DNA from: a virus
IMG/VR virus record: IMGVR_UViG_3300043538_000001
Coordinates: 1 to 42,310 of that record
DNA: 42,310 nt
Direction: 5' to 3' (one strand)
In this document: in pieces, positions 22,893 through 33,213 of the stretch
Position numbering within the stretch: position 1 is the stretch's first letter
Layout of the letters: each line of letters starts with the position of its first letter
Translations under genes and position numbers: made by a program
The notes under the pieces: model-generated
What the model was told of the DNA's origin: nothing
The model's input: the letters and a program-made list of their open reading frames with translations, nothing else
The model's database searches: none

Positions 22893-25685
22893 GTGGCTGA
22901 CCAGGCTCCAGAGATCAAAGTTAAGATCACCGGCGAAGACACCGGCGTCGCCGCGGCGATCAAGGAATTAGGGAACCAGCTCTCGGGTCTCAAGCAAAAG
23001 AGCCAAGAAACCGGCGTTTCATTCGAGCAACTTAAGGGCGCTCTCGAAAAAATCATCACGGCCGAGCTCATTTTCAAGGTCGTCGAGTTCGGGAAGGAAG
23101 TTTACAACACAACGCTCAACATCGAGCGGATGTCGCAACGGACCGGGATCTCGGCGAGCACGCTTTCTGTATTCGCGAAAGCGGCCGAGTCTTCCGGAGT
23201 GTCGACCGAGCAAGTCAACACGGCGCTCACCAAGGTCGCGACGAACGTCACGAAATTCCAGCAGGGAGCGACCGGCGCCGCGGCCGCATTCAAGACGTTG
23301 AACATCTCCCAGGCCGACTTTAAGAACCTTTCCCCCGACGAGAAGATCCGGCTCGTGACCGACCGACTCGGCGGAATGGCGAGCGGGTTCACCAAGAACG
23401 CGACCGCAACCGCTCTGTTTGGCAAAGGCGGCGCGGCGCTCATTCCGGTTCTCAATCAGCTTGCCGGCGAGGGATTCGACAAAGTCACCGAAGCGGCGAA
23501 GCGGTCCGGGCAATTCCTAACCGACGAGATGGCGGCCGATGCAGCAACCGCGGCCGCGGCGTTTGCCGAGCTCGAGGGCGCCGGGAAGGGAATCGCGACA
23601 CAGTTCGAGGCCGGTCTCATCCCGGCGATCACCGACGTCGCGATCGCGTTTACCGATTCGGTCGAGGGCGACGGCGTCGGAGCCTTCAGGGAACTCGGCG
23701 AGGATGTCGGTTTATTCATCAAGGCGCTGATTCTTGGATTTGAGCAGGTTGGCGATGTCATCGGAGCCGTTTTCCTTTCCGTCCTTGACGTTGTGCATGG
23801 AGCGCTCCAGCAAATAGCAAACGCCGAGCTCACTGTTTTCCAGTCGGCGGATGAGGCGCTCCACGGGCATTTCAAGGCCGCCGGGCAAGCGCTAGCGGAT
23901 GGGTTCCATTTTGGGATCGAGCAAGCTAAACAGGATCTTAGCGATTTCTCGAACCGCGTCCCCGATGCATTCGCGCTGATCGGACAACAAGCGGCCGCGC
24001 TCTTCCCGAGCGACGAGCGAAAAAAAGAGCTCCGGCCGAAACCGACCGGAGATGATCGGGACAAGGACGCTGAAAACCAGAAGCTCGAGAAGGCCAAGCT
24101 CTCACTCCGCGAGGCCGAGATTCAGGAGCAGCTCGCGCTCACGAAAGCGAGCAACGCGGCCGAGGAGAACGCGAACCAGATCGCGTACAACGAGGGACTC
24201 GAGTCGCTCAAGGATTTTTATCGGAAGAAGCTCGCGCTCGCCGAATCCGATAACGATGCTCAGATCGACGCGCTCTCGAGGCAACGGGCCGTAGTCGCCT
24301 CGGCGCCGACCGACGGAACCGACGCGGCCGCGATCGCCAAAAAGCAAAAGCTCGAGAAGCTCGACAACGACATCGCGGTCGCGCGGATCACGGGAGCACA
24401 AAAACTCGGGACGATCAACGAACAACAATTCCAGGCCGGGGAAGCTCACAAGAAAACGCTACTCGGATATGAGGCTGAGATCCTCACGGCGCAGGGGCGG
24501 ACCTATCAAGCGGCGCTCGCAAAGATCGCAGGGGAAGCGGCCGCGATCCAGATTGCTCTGAAACAGGCTGGACTATCCGATGCCGATGCCGCGGCAAAAC
24601 TTGCGGAAATCCAATCGGCTAAATCGGCGGCCGCGGCGTTCGACGATCAGAAAAAACAAGGCGAGCTCGCGCTCCAGGGACTCTCAAACGAACGTGAGCA
24701 GATAAACCTCAAGATTCAAACCGGTCAGCTCTCGCAGATGCAGGGCGAGATTCAGATCGCGGCTCTCGAAAACAATCGACTCCCCGAACTCCAGAAGCTC
24801 GCCGCGGCGATGCATGATGCGGCAATCAAACCGGAAGACGTCCAGAAAGCCGAAGAGTTTAAGCAAAAACTCGACCAGATGGCGGCGAGTGCCGACTTCA
24901 TGGGGCAGGAGTTCGGGAAGTTCAAGACGTCGATCGAGCAAGGCGGGATCTCGGAGCTCTCGACTTTCCTCGGGTCGACGATTAACCAGGTGCACGGGGT
25001 CGGGGACGCTTTCCGTCAGCTCGCCGGCTCGGCCGTCGCGTCGCTGCAAAAGATCGCCGCGCAGCTCCTCGCCGAGATCGTGATCCGCAAGCTCATTCAG
25101 GCGATCACTCACCAGGACGACAGTCCAGGGACCAAGATCGCGACCGCGGGAGCGGCTGGACTCGCTCAGGCGGCTCCCCTGATCGCTGCGTCGGCTGCTA
25201 TGGGCACGGCGGGCGGGATCGTGCTCGGGGCAGGGATAACGCTCGGGGCGAGCGCAGCGGCTCTACAAATCGCGGCAACGACACTCCTGGTCGCGAACTC
25301 GATCGGCGGTGCCGCGGGTTTGGCCGGCGGCGGTCTCATTGGGGGGTCGGGAACCGGCGACACGGTCCCGGCGATGCTCACGCCGGGAGAGTTCGTCGTT
25401 CGGGAACCGGCCGTTCGCGAGGTCGGGGTCGCGGCGCTCTCGGCTCTTAACCGCGGATTCAAGATCCCAGGGATCGCCGGCGTCGGCGTCCAGCGGTTCG
25501 CCGAGGGCGGTCTCGTAAGCTCGGCATCGGGTTCGAACGATCCGACGGACATCAAGATCGCGCTCGAGCTCGACCCCGGGCTGATCCTTCGGCACATGTC
25601 GAGCAAGGCCGCGGGCCGGATAGTTTTGCACCATCTGACCGACAACCCGAAAGCGGCGAGTCGGGCCATCCAGCGAGGGGGATGA
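22893..25685 (+). CDS. Tail tape measure protein (930 aa)
   Basis: GTG start. Long, Ala/Gln/Lys-rich and helical. The N-terminal region (..ERMSQRTGISASTLSVFAKAAESSGVSTEQVNTALTKVATNV..ATALFGKGGAALIPVL..) is typical of tape measure proteins. Gly-rich hydrophobic segments lie near the C-terminus. Confidence 0.9.
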   Translation: MADQAPEIKVKITGEDTGVAAAIKELGNQLSGLKQKSQETGVSFEQLKGALEKIITAELIFKVVEFGKEVYNTTLNIERMSQRTGISASTLSVFAKAAESSGVSTEQVNTALTKVATNVTKFQQGATGAAAAFKTLNISQADFKNLSPDEKIRLVTDRLGGMASGFTKNATATALFGKGGAALIPVLNQLAGEGFDKVTEAAKRSGQFLTDEMAADAATAAAAFAELEGAGKGIATQFEAGLIPAITDVAIAFTDSVEGDGVGAFRELGEDVGLFIKALILGFEQVGDVIGAVFLSVLDVVHGALQQIANAELTVFQSADEALHGHFKAAGQALADGFHFGIEQAKQDLSDFSNRVPDAFALIGQQAAALFPSDERKKELRPKPTGDDRDKDAENQKLEKAKLSLREAEIQEQLALTKASNAAEENANQIAYNEGLESLKDFYRKKLALAESDNDAQIDALSRQRAVVASAPTDGTDAAAIAKKQKLEKLDNDIAVARITGAQKLGTINEQQFQAGEAHKKTLLGYEAEILTAQGRTYQAALAKIAGEAAAIQIALKQAGLSDADAAAKLAEIQSAKSAAAAFDDQKKQGELALQGLSNEREQINLKIQTGQLSQMQGEIQIAALENNRLPELQKLAAAMHDAAIKPEDVQKAEEFKQKLDQMAASADFMGQEFGKFKTSIEQGGISELSTFLGSTINQVHGVGDAFRQLAGSAVASLQKIAAQLLAEIVIRKLIQAITHQDDSPGTKIATAGAAGLAQAAPLIAASAAMGTAGGIVLGAGITLGASAAALQIAATTLLVANSIGGAAGLAGGGLIGGSGTGDTVPAMLTPGEFVVREPAVREVGVAALSALNRGFKIPGIAGVGVQRFAEGGLVSSASGSNDPTDIKIALELDPGLILRHMSSKAAGRIVLHHLTDNPKAASRAIQRGG

Positions 25686-25689
25686 CACT

Positions 25690-26883
25690 TTGAGCTCAAA
25701 GATTGGCACGGCGACCGACTACTCCGACTTGCTCGACCAGCTCGACACGTTCCTAACTTCCCAGGGGATGACGCTCTCCCCCGTGTACGTGGGGACGGGG
25801 AACGGGACGATCGCCGGCGTGATCGGCGGATCCGCGAGCGTCGCGGAGACCTTCACGATCTTGTTCACGACCGCGACCGCGTTCTCGGTCACCGGCTCGA
25901 TCACCGGCGCGCTCGCCGCGGGGACCGTCGGCGTCGCCTACTCGACGACACACATCAAGTTCACGATCACGGCCGGCGGGACGGCGTTCATAGCGGGCGA
26001 TCACTTCACGATCGCGACGACTCCCCCTTGGACCTCGAAGCGCCGCATCAGCGGCGACCAAATGATCTGGCAAGCTCCCGGAAACGGGAACCTCGATCAG
26101 ATCCTCGTCGGCGCGAAGCTCTTTCACGACGTCGGCGCCGATTACTACAACTGGAGGCTCGCTGGCTATACCGCTTTCTCGAGCGGGCTCGACTTCGAGC
26201 ATCAACCCGGCTACCTCGGCGGCGTGGGTCAGCAATTCCCCTCGCCGGTTTTGAATCTTTGGAACTCCTCGATCCCGTTCTGGTTCGTCGCGAACGGCCG
26301 GCGCGTGATCGTCGTCGCGAAGATCTCGACCGTCTACGTTTCCTGCTATCTCGGGTTCGTCGACTCTTACATGAGTCCCGGCGCTTTCCCTTATCCCCTC
26401 GCGGTCGGCGGCTCGATGGCTTGGGATGGGCCATCGGTCTCGATCGAGCCCGCGGCGAATAGCACGAATTGGAGATGGTCGTTCGTGGGCGACGAGCTCC
26501 GAAACTTTTCCGAGTCGCGCGGCGGGGCGACGGGCAACGATGCGGGCTCTCAGATGCGGCTCAGGCTCCCGTCGGGACTGTGGCGAGGGTTCAACGCGAG
26601 CAACTCCGAGACACAATTCGGCCGGCTCTGGCCGACGGGGGAAGGTCACACCGGCGGTATGGCCGATTGGCGACCGAACCTCGATGGCGGGTATTCAGTC
26701 CTTCCAATCGTGCTCTACGACTCGGCGATCATCAACATTTACGGCGAGCTCGACGGCGTCGCATGCGTCACGGGACACGGTCAATCGGCCGAGAACACGA
26801 TCACGATCGGGTCGGACGTTTGGCTCGTGATCCAGGACGTTAACAGGACGACGAAGATCGACTATTTCGCCGTGAAGCTCTAG
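25690..26883 (+). CDS. Tail tip/baseplate-associated protein (397 aa), paralogue of 26892..27902 with an inserted module shared with the J-like protein
   Basis: TTG start. The N-terminus TATDYSDLLDQLDTFLTSQGMT parallels TSATDLLQKLNTFLAAHGWT. The segment GTGNGTIAGV...HIKFTITAGGTAFIAGDHFTIATT resembles aa ~178-267 of the 30448 gene. Confidence 0.65.
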   Translation: MSSKIGTATDYSDLLDQLDTFLTSQGMTLSPVYVGTGNGTIAGVIGGSASVAETFTILFTTATAFSVTGSITGALAAGTVGVAYSTTHIKFTITAGGTAFIAGDHFTIATTPPWTSKRRISGDQMIWQAPGNGNLDQILVGAKLFHDVGADYYNWRLAGYTAFSSGLDFEHQPGYLGGVGQQFPSPVLNLWNSSIPFWFVANGRRVIVVAKISTVYVSCYLGFVDSYMSPGAFPYPLAVGGSMAWDGPSVSIEPAANSTNWRWSFVGDELRNFSESRGGATGNDAGSQMRLRLPSGLWRGFNASNSETQFGRLWPTGEGHTGGMADWRPNLDGGYSVLPIVLYDSAIINIYGELDGVACVTGHGQSAENTITIGSDVWLVIQDVNRTTKIDYFAVKL

Positions 26884-26891
26884 GGGGATCG

Positions 26892-27902
26892 ATGTCGTAT
26901 CAAACCGGGGTTCCGACTTCCGCGACGGATCTACTTCAGAAACTCAACACGTTTCTCGCGGCGCACGGCTGGACCTCCGACAAAAGCGCGGTCGAGGGTT
27001 CGGGCTGGCAGGTTCACGTCCACAAGGGCTCGACCTATGCTCATTTACGCGCGCTCGAGAACGAGGCCGGCTTTGTGACCGAGCAGGGTGCCGGCTACGC
27101 GCTCTTGCTCTATCTCTCGGACAATTTCAACACGGGCCAACCGTGGGTTACGCAACCGGGCAACGCGCCGACCGAGGCGACCAACTCGAACGCGATCGGG
27201 GTCGGGATGAATCTCTCGGCCGGACCGTTCTCGAACTATTATTTTTTCACCGATTCGACGAACGACAACGTCGTCGTCGTCGTCGAGAAAACACCGGGCG
27301 TCTACCTACATCTCGCCTGGGGGACGTCGCTCAAAAAGGCCGGCGCCTGGACCGGCGGGATGTACTTCCACGGATCCGCGTCGGGCTATTACGCTCCCGA
27401 CCAGGGGTTCGGCGCGGGCTTTCCAGGGTTCACAAAGACGACCGATTGTCCCGGATCTCTCGACGACTCGCTAGGTTTGTCGGCGGGCTTTGTACTTTGC
27501 GACGTCGACACTTGGACGGGGAAGTGGGTCACGATCGGCGATCAGACGGGATCTTCCTTCAACACCGGGCGGAACGGATCGAGCTCGGCCGTCGGACAAA
27601 CCGCTCCGAGCGCTTCAATCCCTCGTTACGCCACGGCGATTTTTGATCCTACCGCGGCTCCTCAACAATTTCAGTTCGCTCAAACCAGCGTTCTCGATGG
27701 CCGCGCGAACTTGCTCCCGGTTCTCTGGTTCGCCGGCCGCGACGGTTCGAGCGGCAACACGGGCGGGTTTTCGCTGATCGGCGCGATCCCGCTGATCTTC
27801 TCCTCGAGCGGGGTCGGTTCTGGATTCCTCCCCGCGTCGGACTATGTGATCGGCGCCGACACTTACAAGATGTTTCCGAACTTCGCCGTTCTCAAAGTCT
27901 AG
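26892..27902 (+). CDS. Tail tip/baseplate-associated protein (336 aa), paralogue of 25690..26883
   Basis: Shares the N-terminal motif and the C-terminal ending (...YKMFPNFAVLKV versus ...TKIDYFAVKL). Confidence 0.65.
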   Translation: MSYQTGVPTSATDLLQKLNTFLAAHGWTSDKSAVEGSGWQVHVHKGSTYAHLRALENEAGFVTEQGAGYALLLYLSDNFNTGQPWVTQPGNAPTEATNSNAIGVGMNLSAGPFSNYYFFTDSTNDNVVVVVEKTPGVYLHLAWGTSLKKAGAWTGGMYFHGSASGYYAPDQGFGAGFPGFTKTTDCPGSLDDSLGLSAGFVLCDVDTWTGKWVTIGDQTGSSFNTGRNGSSSAVGQTAPSASIPRYATAIFDPTAAPQQFQFAQTSVLDGRANLLPVLWFAGRDGSSGNTGGFSLIGAIPLIFSSSGVGSGFLPASDYVIGADTYKMFPNFAVLKV

Positions 27903-27904
27903 CG

Positions 27905-29626
27905 ATGGCCAATTTCTCGGGGAAGGATTACACGAACGCGCCGATCGGGGTCCTGACGAACGGGATCTCGAGCGACGTCGCGTCCGGATCCCAGCAGCTT
28001 ACGACCTGGGCGATCTCGGTTCGGCCGGTCCCCGCGGCGCTCTCCGGAGGCGTCGGACATCCAGTCGTTTCGATCGTTCATCATTCGCTCGCCGGCTTCT
28101 ATCAGGAGCTCTTCGGCAGTCAGCTCTTCGAGCGGATCATCATCCTTCCGAGGATCGAGGCTCTCGGCTTCGTGCTCTCCTCGACACAATTTCCCGTCGA
28201 GGTTTGGAACACTTTCAGGATGTCCGAGAAGATCCTCACGGCGATCGTTATCACGGGCGCCGGCGGCGTCACGCTGACCGACCCTTACGGCGAACCCCTG
28301 GTCTATGGCGCGCTCGATTCCTACATCTACCAAGCGACGATGCCGTCGGCCGGACCGGCTCAAATCAATCAAGACATTTTGTTCCAGTTCTCGCCGTCGA
28401 TCCCCGGAACGGATCTCCTCATCACGGGCTCGAGGGTTACGCTCTTCTCGGTGGCGCCGGATTGGGCGTCGGGAATCAAAGAGAAGATCTCCTATTTGAC
28501 CGACGTCATGCGGTCGTATTCCGACCGAGAACAACGGCGCGCGCTCAGGCAGATCCCGCGGCGCGGCTTGCACTATCGCGCGAGCGCGTTCACGGCGCGG
28601 AACTCGGCCGGCATGGAGTCACTCGTTTGGGGATGGCAGCATCAACCCTACGGCGTCCCCTGGTGGCAAGATGCGACGCCGCTCACCGCGGACATTGCCG
28701 CGGGTTCGTTCTCGATCCCGTGCGACACGACCGACCGACAGTTCGCCGCGGGCGGGATCGCGACAATCTGGAAAGACGAGTACACGTTCGAAGCGCTCAC
28801 GGTCGACGCCGTTTTCTCCGATCACATCACGATCACGTCGCCGACTCAATTGAACTGGTCCGCGGGAGCGGCGTCACTCGTGATGCCTGTTTTCCTCGCG
28901 CGCCTGAAGAACCAGGTCCAGGTCGATCGCCTTTGGTCGGCCGGCGATTCGATGGACCTCGACTTCGCCGGCGAAGCGTCGCAACCGGCGCCGGCGCCGA
29001 CGGTTACGCTCCCCCAGTTCAAAGGGTTCGACGTCCTCGAGATCATGCCGAACTGGATCAGCGGGCTTACTCGGGTCTACAACCGGTCGGTCGCGATTCT
29101 CGATCCCCAGGTCGGCAAGATCTCCGCGATCGACAAGGGCGGCGCCGCGATCGTCGCTCAGTCGTTCCCCTGGTGGATTCAGGATCACGCCGCGGCGACG
29201 AACTTACGAGCATTTCTTATCGCGCGCTTCGGTCAATTGCGGCCGTTCTGGAGTCCGACGTGGGACCAGGATCTCGTCTTGCACAACGACCTCGGCGCGA
29301 CCGATAGCGGGATCACGATCGACTCCGTGTTCTATACGCGATTTTTCTTCCCGTCGGTCGCGCGCCGGTTCCTCGCGTTCATTCCGACCGATGGATCCGG
29401 GAACGTCTATCGTAAGATCACGGGCTCGACCGACAACGGCGACGGAACCGAGACTCTCGTCCTCGAGTCGCCAACCGGGAAAGTATTCTCGAAAGATCAA
29501 ACCCAAGTTTCGTTTTTGACACTCAACCGGCTCGCGAGCGATGACGTCGAGATGCTCTGGTCGACCAGCGACTTCGCTCAGTCGGCGCTCCAATTTCAGG
29601 AAGTTCCGCACGAGGTCCCGGCATGA
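27905..29626 (+). CDS. Distal tail / tail tip protein (573 aa; gpM / GTA g12-like position)
   Basis: It lies immediately upstream of the BR0599/gpL-like gene. The segment ..ISYLTDVMRSYSDREQRRALRQIPRRGLHY.. loosely resembles the DUF2460 (sGxEqR...prr) pattern. Confidence 0.5.
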   Translation: MANFSGKDYTNAPIGVLTNGISSDVASGSQQLTTWAISVRPVPAALSGGVGHPVVSIVHHSLAGFYQELFGSQLFERIIILPRIEALGFVLSSTQFPVEVWNTFRMSEKILTAIVITGAGGVTLTDPYGEPLVYGALDSYIYQATMPSAGPAQINQDILFQFSPSIPGTDLLITGSRVTLFSVAPDWASGIKEKISYLTDVMRSYSDREQRRALRQIPRRGLHYRASAFTARNSAGMESLVWGWQHQPYGVPWWQDATPLTADIAAGSFSIPCDTTDRQFAAGGIATIWKDEYTFEALTVDAVFSDHITITSPTQLNWSAGAASLVMPVFLARLKNQVQVDRLWSAGDSMDLDFAGEASQPAPAPTVTLPQFKGFDVLEIMPNWISGLTRVYNRSVAILDPQVGKISAIDKGGAAIVAQSFPWWIQDHAAATNLRAFLIARFGQLRPFWSPTWDQDLVLHNDLGATDSGITIDSVFYTRFFFPSVARRFLAFIPTDGSGNVYRKITGSTDNGDGTETLVLESPTGKVFSKDQTQVSFLTLNRLASDDVEMLWSTSDFAQSALQFQEVPHEVPA

Positions 29627-30414
29627 GTTACGACTCGATCGAGCAATCAGGAAGCGGCGCGCAACCCTGGGAGATCTATCTCTTCCAAACGACGGGGAAG
29701 AGCTTTCTCCTCACGTCGTCGGACGAGCCGATCGTCTATCTCGGGCAGGAGTACGACCCGACGACGATCTCGAGGACCGAGCTCGATCATACGAACGACG
29801 TCATCTCGGGACAAATCAAGATCACGATCCCCCCGTCGCATCCTCTCGCCGCGGAGTTTATCCCGTACCTTCCCCCGACGCCGATGGAGATCACGATTTT
29901 CGGCGGGCATTTCGGCGACTCCGACGTCGTCGTTCTATTTACGGGAAATGTCGCGAGCTCGCTCTTTACCGATCAATGCGAGCTGACCTGTAACTCGGAC
30001 CTGTACAGACTCCAGCGGCAGATCCCGAAAAAGCTCTATCAGGCGCCGTGCGCGCACGTCTTCGGGGACACCGGATGCGGGATCAATCTCGCGCTCTTCA
30101 CGACGGCCGGCACGATCGCATCGGTCGACGTGACCGGAACGGTTCTCCACGTCTCGGCGTTCAACGGGCTCGCGCATTCTCTCCGAGGCGGCTACCTGGT
30201 TCGCGGTCAAGATGTCCGGATGATCGTCGATCACACCGGCGACCAGGTCACGCTACTCACGGGGATCGGGGATCTCGAGGTCGACCAGGCCGTGAGCGGC
30301 GTCGCCGGCTGTCAGCACACGTACCCGGCTTGCCAGTCTTACAACAACGTTCCGCAATTTTTCGGTTTCGATTTAATGCCAGCGACGAACCCATTCGACG
30401 GATCGGTCGGATAG
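29623..30414 (+). CDS. Tail tip hub protein, BR0599/DUF2163 family (lambda gpL / GTA g13-like)
   Basis: ATGA-coupled start. ...PCAHVFGDTGCGINL... and ...GCQHTYPACQSYNNVPQFFGFDLMP match the conserved Cys-containing C-terminus of the phage BR0599 family. Confidence 0.8.
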   Translation: MSYDSIEQSGSGAQPWEIYLFQTTGKSFLLTSSDEPIVYLGQEYDPTTISRTELDHTNDVISGQIKITIPPSHPLAAEFIPYLPPTPMEITIFGGHFGDSDVVVLFTGNVASSLFTDQCELTCNSDLYRLQRQIPKKLYQAPCAHVFGDTGCGINLALFTTAGTIASVDVTGTVLHVSAFNGLAHSLRGGYLVRGQDVRMIVDHTGDQVTLLTGIGDLEVDQAVSGVAGCQHTYPACQSYNNVPQFFGFDLMPATNPFDGSVG

Positions 30415-30447
30415 GGCTCGGAGGAGCGTGTCGTCTTCCTGTTTCTA

Positions 30448-33213
30448 TTGCTCTTACTACTCGTGATTGCCGCGACGGTCGTCGGAGTTCTTCTAACTCC
30501 GAAACCGAAGTTCAACCAACCGCAACCCTCGGCGCTCGGCGACTTCCAGTTCCCGACGGCGACGGAGGGGAGAGCTATCCCCATGATCGGGGGCGAGGTC
30601 AAGATCACCGGCGGGAACACGGTTTGGTGGGGCGATCTCCAGATCGTCCCGATCACGAAAAAGGTCAAGAGCGGGCTCTTCTCTCACACGACCGTCGTTC
30701 AAGGCTATAAGTATTACCTCGGCGTTCAGTACGCGCTTTGCCTCGGACCGGTCGACGCGCTCGTCGCGATCCAGTCGAACAAAAAACCGGTTCCGTTCTC
30801 GCCGAGCGGATCTGACGCTCTGACGCTCACCATCGACGCGGAAAATCTTTTCGGAGGTCCGACGTCCGAGGGCGGGCTCTCGGGGAAAATAACGTTCTAC
30901 CGCGGGACTCAGACGCAAGGCCCGAACGCTTATCTCTCGAAGAAGCAAACGGGCTCGAGCATCGTTGGAGCCTATTCCGGTACCGGGAACGGCTTTCTCT
31001 CATTCCTCGCGCCTGGGAGCGGCGCCGTCGTCGAGACGATCACGATCACCGCGCTCTCATCGCACTACACGGCCGACTCAACAAAACCCTATTACGGGTT
31101 CCGCGAGTTCTCGGTCGTCGGCTCGGTCTCGGGATCGATTGGCACGGCTTATGCCGACTACTCGTTCGGCTCGTCGAAGATCAATTTCACGATCACGACG
31201 GGCTCGACCGACTTCACGCCTGGGGATCACTTCACGGTCACGACGAGCGCGACCAGGATCTCGCCGAACTATCAGGGGCTTTGCTACGCCGTCCTCGAAG
31301 GGTTTTACCTGGGGACGAGTGCCTATCTCAAGCCGATGGATTTTGTGATTCGCCGATGTCCGGATCCGTTCGGATGGGGGATCACCGACCCGCGGGTCAG
31401 AGTTGGAGGACACGACGCGAACGCCGCGCTCTGGATCTACGAGATCCTCGCCGACGTTCCCAACGGGCTCGGGATCTCGCCGGCGAAGATCGACGCGAGT
31501 TCGTTCCAGGCCGCGGCCGTCACGATCGCGGACGAGGGTCTCGGGATCTCGATGCAAGTCGACACACAGTCGACGGCCGATCAGATCTTGAGCGAGATGC
31601 TCCGTCACGTCGACGGGATCCTTTGGGTCGATCCGCAAACCTCACTATGGAACATCACGCTCGCGCGCGCCGACTATGACCCGATGACAATCCTCGAGCT
31701 CACCGTCGACGACATCCAGGGGACGCCGGAATTCGCGCGCGCCTCGTGGAGTGAAACGTCGAACCACGTCGCGATCACATTTCTCGATCGCGCGGCCGAC
31801 TTCAACACGAGGACGGTCCAGGCGTTCGAGTCGGCGAACATTGCAGCGACAGGCGAGGTCCGGCCGCAAACGATCGCGTTCAACGGGCTCTCGAACTCGA
31901 CGACCGCGGCGCTCGTCGCAGCGCGCGTGCTCAAGACGCTCGCCTATCCGATCTCTCGGCTCGTCCTCAAGACGAACCGCAAAGCATGGAACCTCAGAGT
32001 CGGCGGCGTTTTTAAGTTCACATGGATTCCCCTCGGGATAAACGACCAGGTCTTCCGCGTGACGCGCATCGGCTACGGGGAACTCGTGAACGGCGTGATC
32101 TCGATCGACGCGGTCGAAGACATTTTCGGCTTGAGCTTTGTCTCTTACGATCCGGCGCCGGAATCCGGATGGGTCAACCCGACGGGATCGCCGGTCGGGC
32201 CGGCGTTCGAGGAGCTCGTCGAGCTTCCCCTCGAGCTGGTCCCCGACGGCGTCGCCGGGATCTACGCGATGACCCTGATCGCGAGGAGCGACACGACCGA
32301 AAAGAGTTACGAGGTTTGGCAACCGATCGGGGGAAGCGATACCGAGACGAACGAGGTTTTCGGGTTCTCTCCCGTCGCGATGCTCGAAACGCTGTACCCA
32401 GCGGGCACGCCGGCGAAGGATCCGACTGGGTTCACTCTACAACTCGGCGGGCTCGACCTGGGGGTTCTGGTCGACACCGACGACGGCGGCGTCATCCTCG
32501 GCGCGAACCTCGCGATCTTCGACGACACGGGCGAAATCGTTTCTTGGAAAACGGCGACCGAGAACATCGACGGGACGATTACGATCGCCGGCGTTCTTCG
32601 CGGCGTGATGGATACTGTCCCCCGGGATCATCCGGTCGGGACTCGAGTTTTCTTTTTCAGCTCGGGAGCTGGTCTAACCCAAGTCGATCCCTATCCCGCG
32701 GATCTGACCGTCCAGGCGAAGATCCTTCCGAAGAACAACTCGGGGACGTTCCCGCTCGGATCCGCGAGCTATGACACGCTCACGACGGTCTCGAGGTACT
32801 TGCGGCCGTATCCTCCGGGCGATCTCCGGATCGACGGGCTCGCCTATGGAACCAGGTACTCGATCACGGTAGGCGATCAGACGTTCACGTGGACCTCGAG
32901 GAACCGGCTCACGCAATCGGCCGGCGGGACGCTCGTCTTCCAGGACGCCGCGGACATAACTCCCGAGGTCGGCACGACATACAAGGTTTTCGTGTACGTC
33001 GCCGGCGTCCTGGTCCGGACGATCGATCCCGTGACGACGCCGTTTACCTACACCGGCGCCGATCGAGTTTTAGACGGCGGAACGGGTAACGTTACTTTGC
33101 TTTTTGCTTCGCACGCGAACGGGCTCGACTCCTACCAGGATCAGATCGCGCAAATCGTGATGACCGGTTTCGGGCTCGACTTCGGCGCCTACTTCGGAGG
33201 GATCAACCTATGA
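30448..33213 (+). CDS. Central tail fibre / host specificity protein (lambda J / GTA g15-like), 921 aa
   Basis: Hydrophobic N-terminus, then IPMIGGEVKITGGNTVWWGDL...GYKYYLGVQYALCLGPVDALVAI, typical of J-like tip attachment proteins. Size and position fit. The start is TTG 30448 or GTG 30463. Confidence 0.75.
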   Translation: MLLLLVIAATVVGVLLTPKPKFNQPQPSALGDFQFPTATEGRAIPMIGGEVKITGGNTVWWGDLQIVPITKKVKSGLFSHTTVVQGYKYYLGVQYALCLGPVDALVAIQSNKKPVPFSPSGSDALTLTIDAENLFGGPTSEGGLSGKITFYRGTQTQGPNAYLSKKQTGSSIVGAYSGTGNGFLSFLAPGSGAVVETITITALSSHYTADSTKPYYGFREFSVVGSVSGSIGTAYADYSFGSSKINFTITTGSTDFTPGDHFTVTTSATRISPNYQGLCYAVLEGFYLGTSAYLKPMDFVIRRCPDPFGWGITDPRVRVGGHDANAALWIYEILADVPNGLGISPAKIDASSFQAAAVTIADEGLGISMQVDTQSTADQILSEMLRHVDGILWVDPQTSLWNITLARADYDPMTILELTVDDIQGTPEFARASWSETSNHVAITFLDRAADFNTRTVQAFESANIAATGEVRPQTIAFNGLSNSTTAALVAARVLKTLAYPISRLVLKTNRKAWNLRVGGVFKFTWIPLGINDQVFRVTRIGYGELVNGVISIDAVEDIFGLSFVSYDPAPESGWVNPTGSPVGPAFEELVELPLELVPDGVAGIYAMTLIARSDTTEKSYEVWQPIGGSDTETNEVFGFSPVAMLETLYPAGTPAKDPTGFTLQLGGLDLGVLVDTDDGGVILGANLAIFDDTGEIVSWKTATENIDGTITIAGVLRGVMDTVPRDHPVGTRVFFFSSGAGLTQVDPYPADLTVQAKILPKNNSGTFPLGSASYDTLTTVSRYLRPYPPGDLRIDGLAYGTRYSITVGDQTFTWTSRNRLTQSAGGTLVFQDAADITPEVGTTYKVFVYVAGVLVRTIDPVTTPFTYTGADRVLDGGTGNVTLLFASHANGLDSYQDQIAQIVMTGFGLDFGAYFGGINL

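Noticed and set aside
25792-31248. The similar ~85-aa modules in two tail genes as a diversity-generating retroelement template/variable repeat pair.
   Set aside because: There is no reverse transcriptase gene anywhere in the genome. The DNA copies are strongly diverged at all base types rather than at adenines only.
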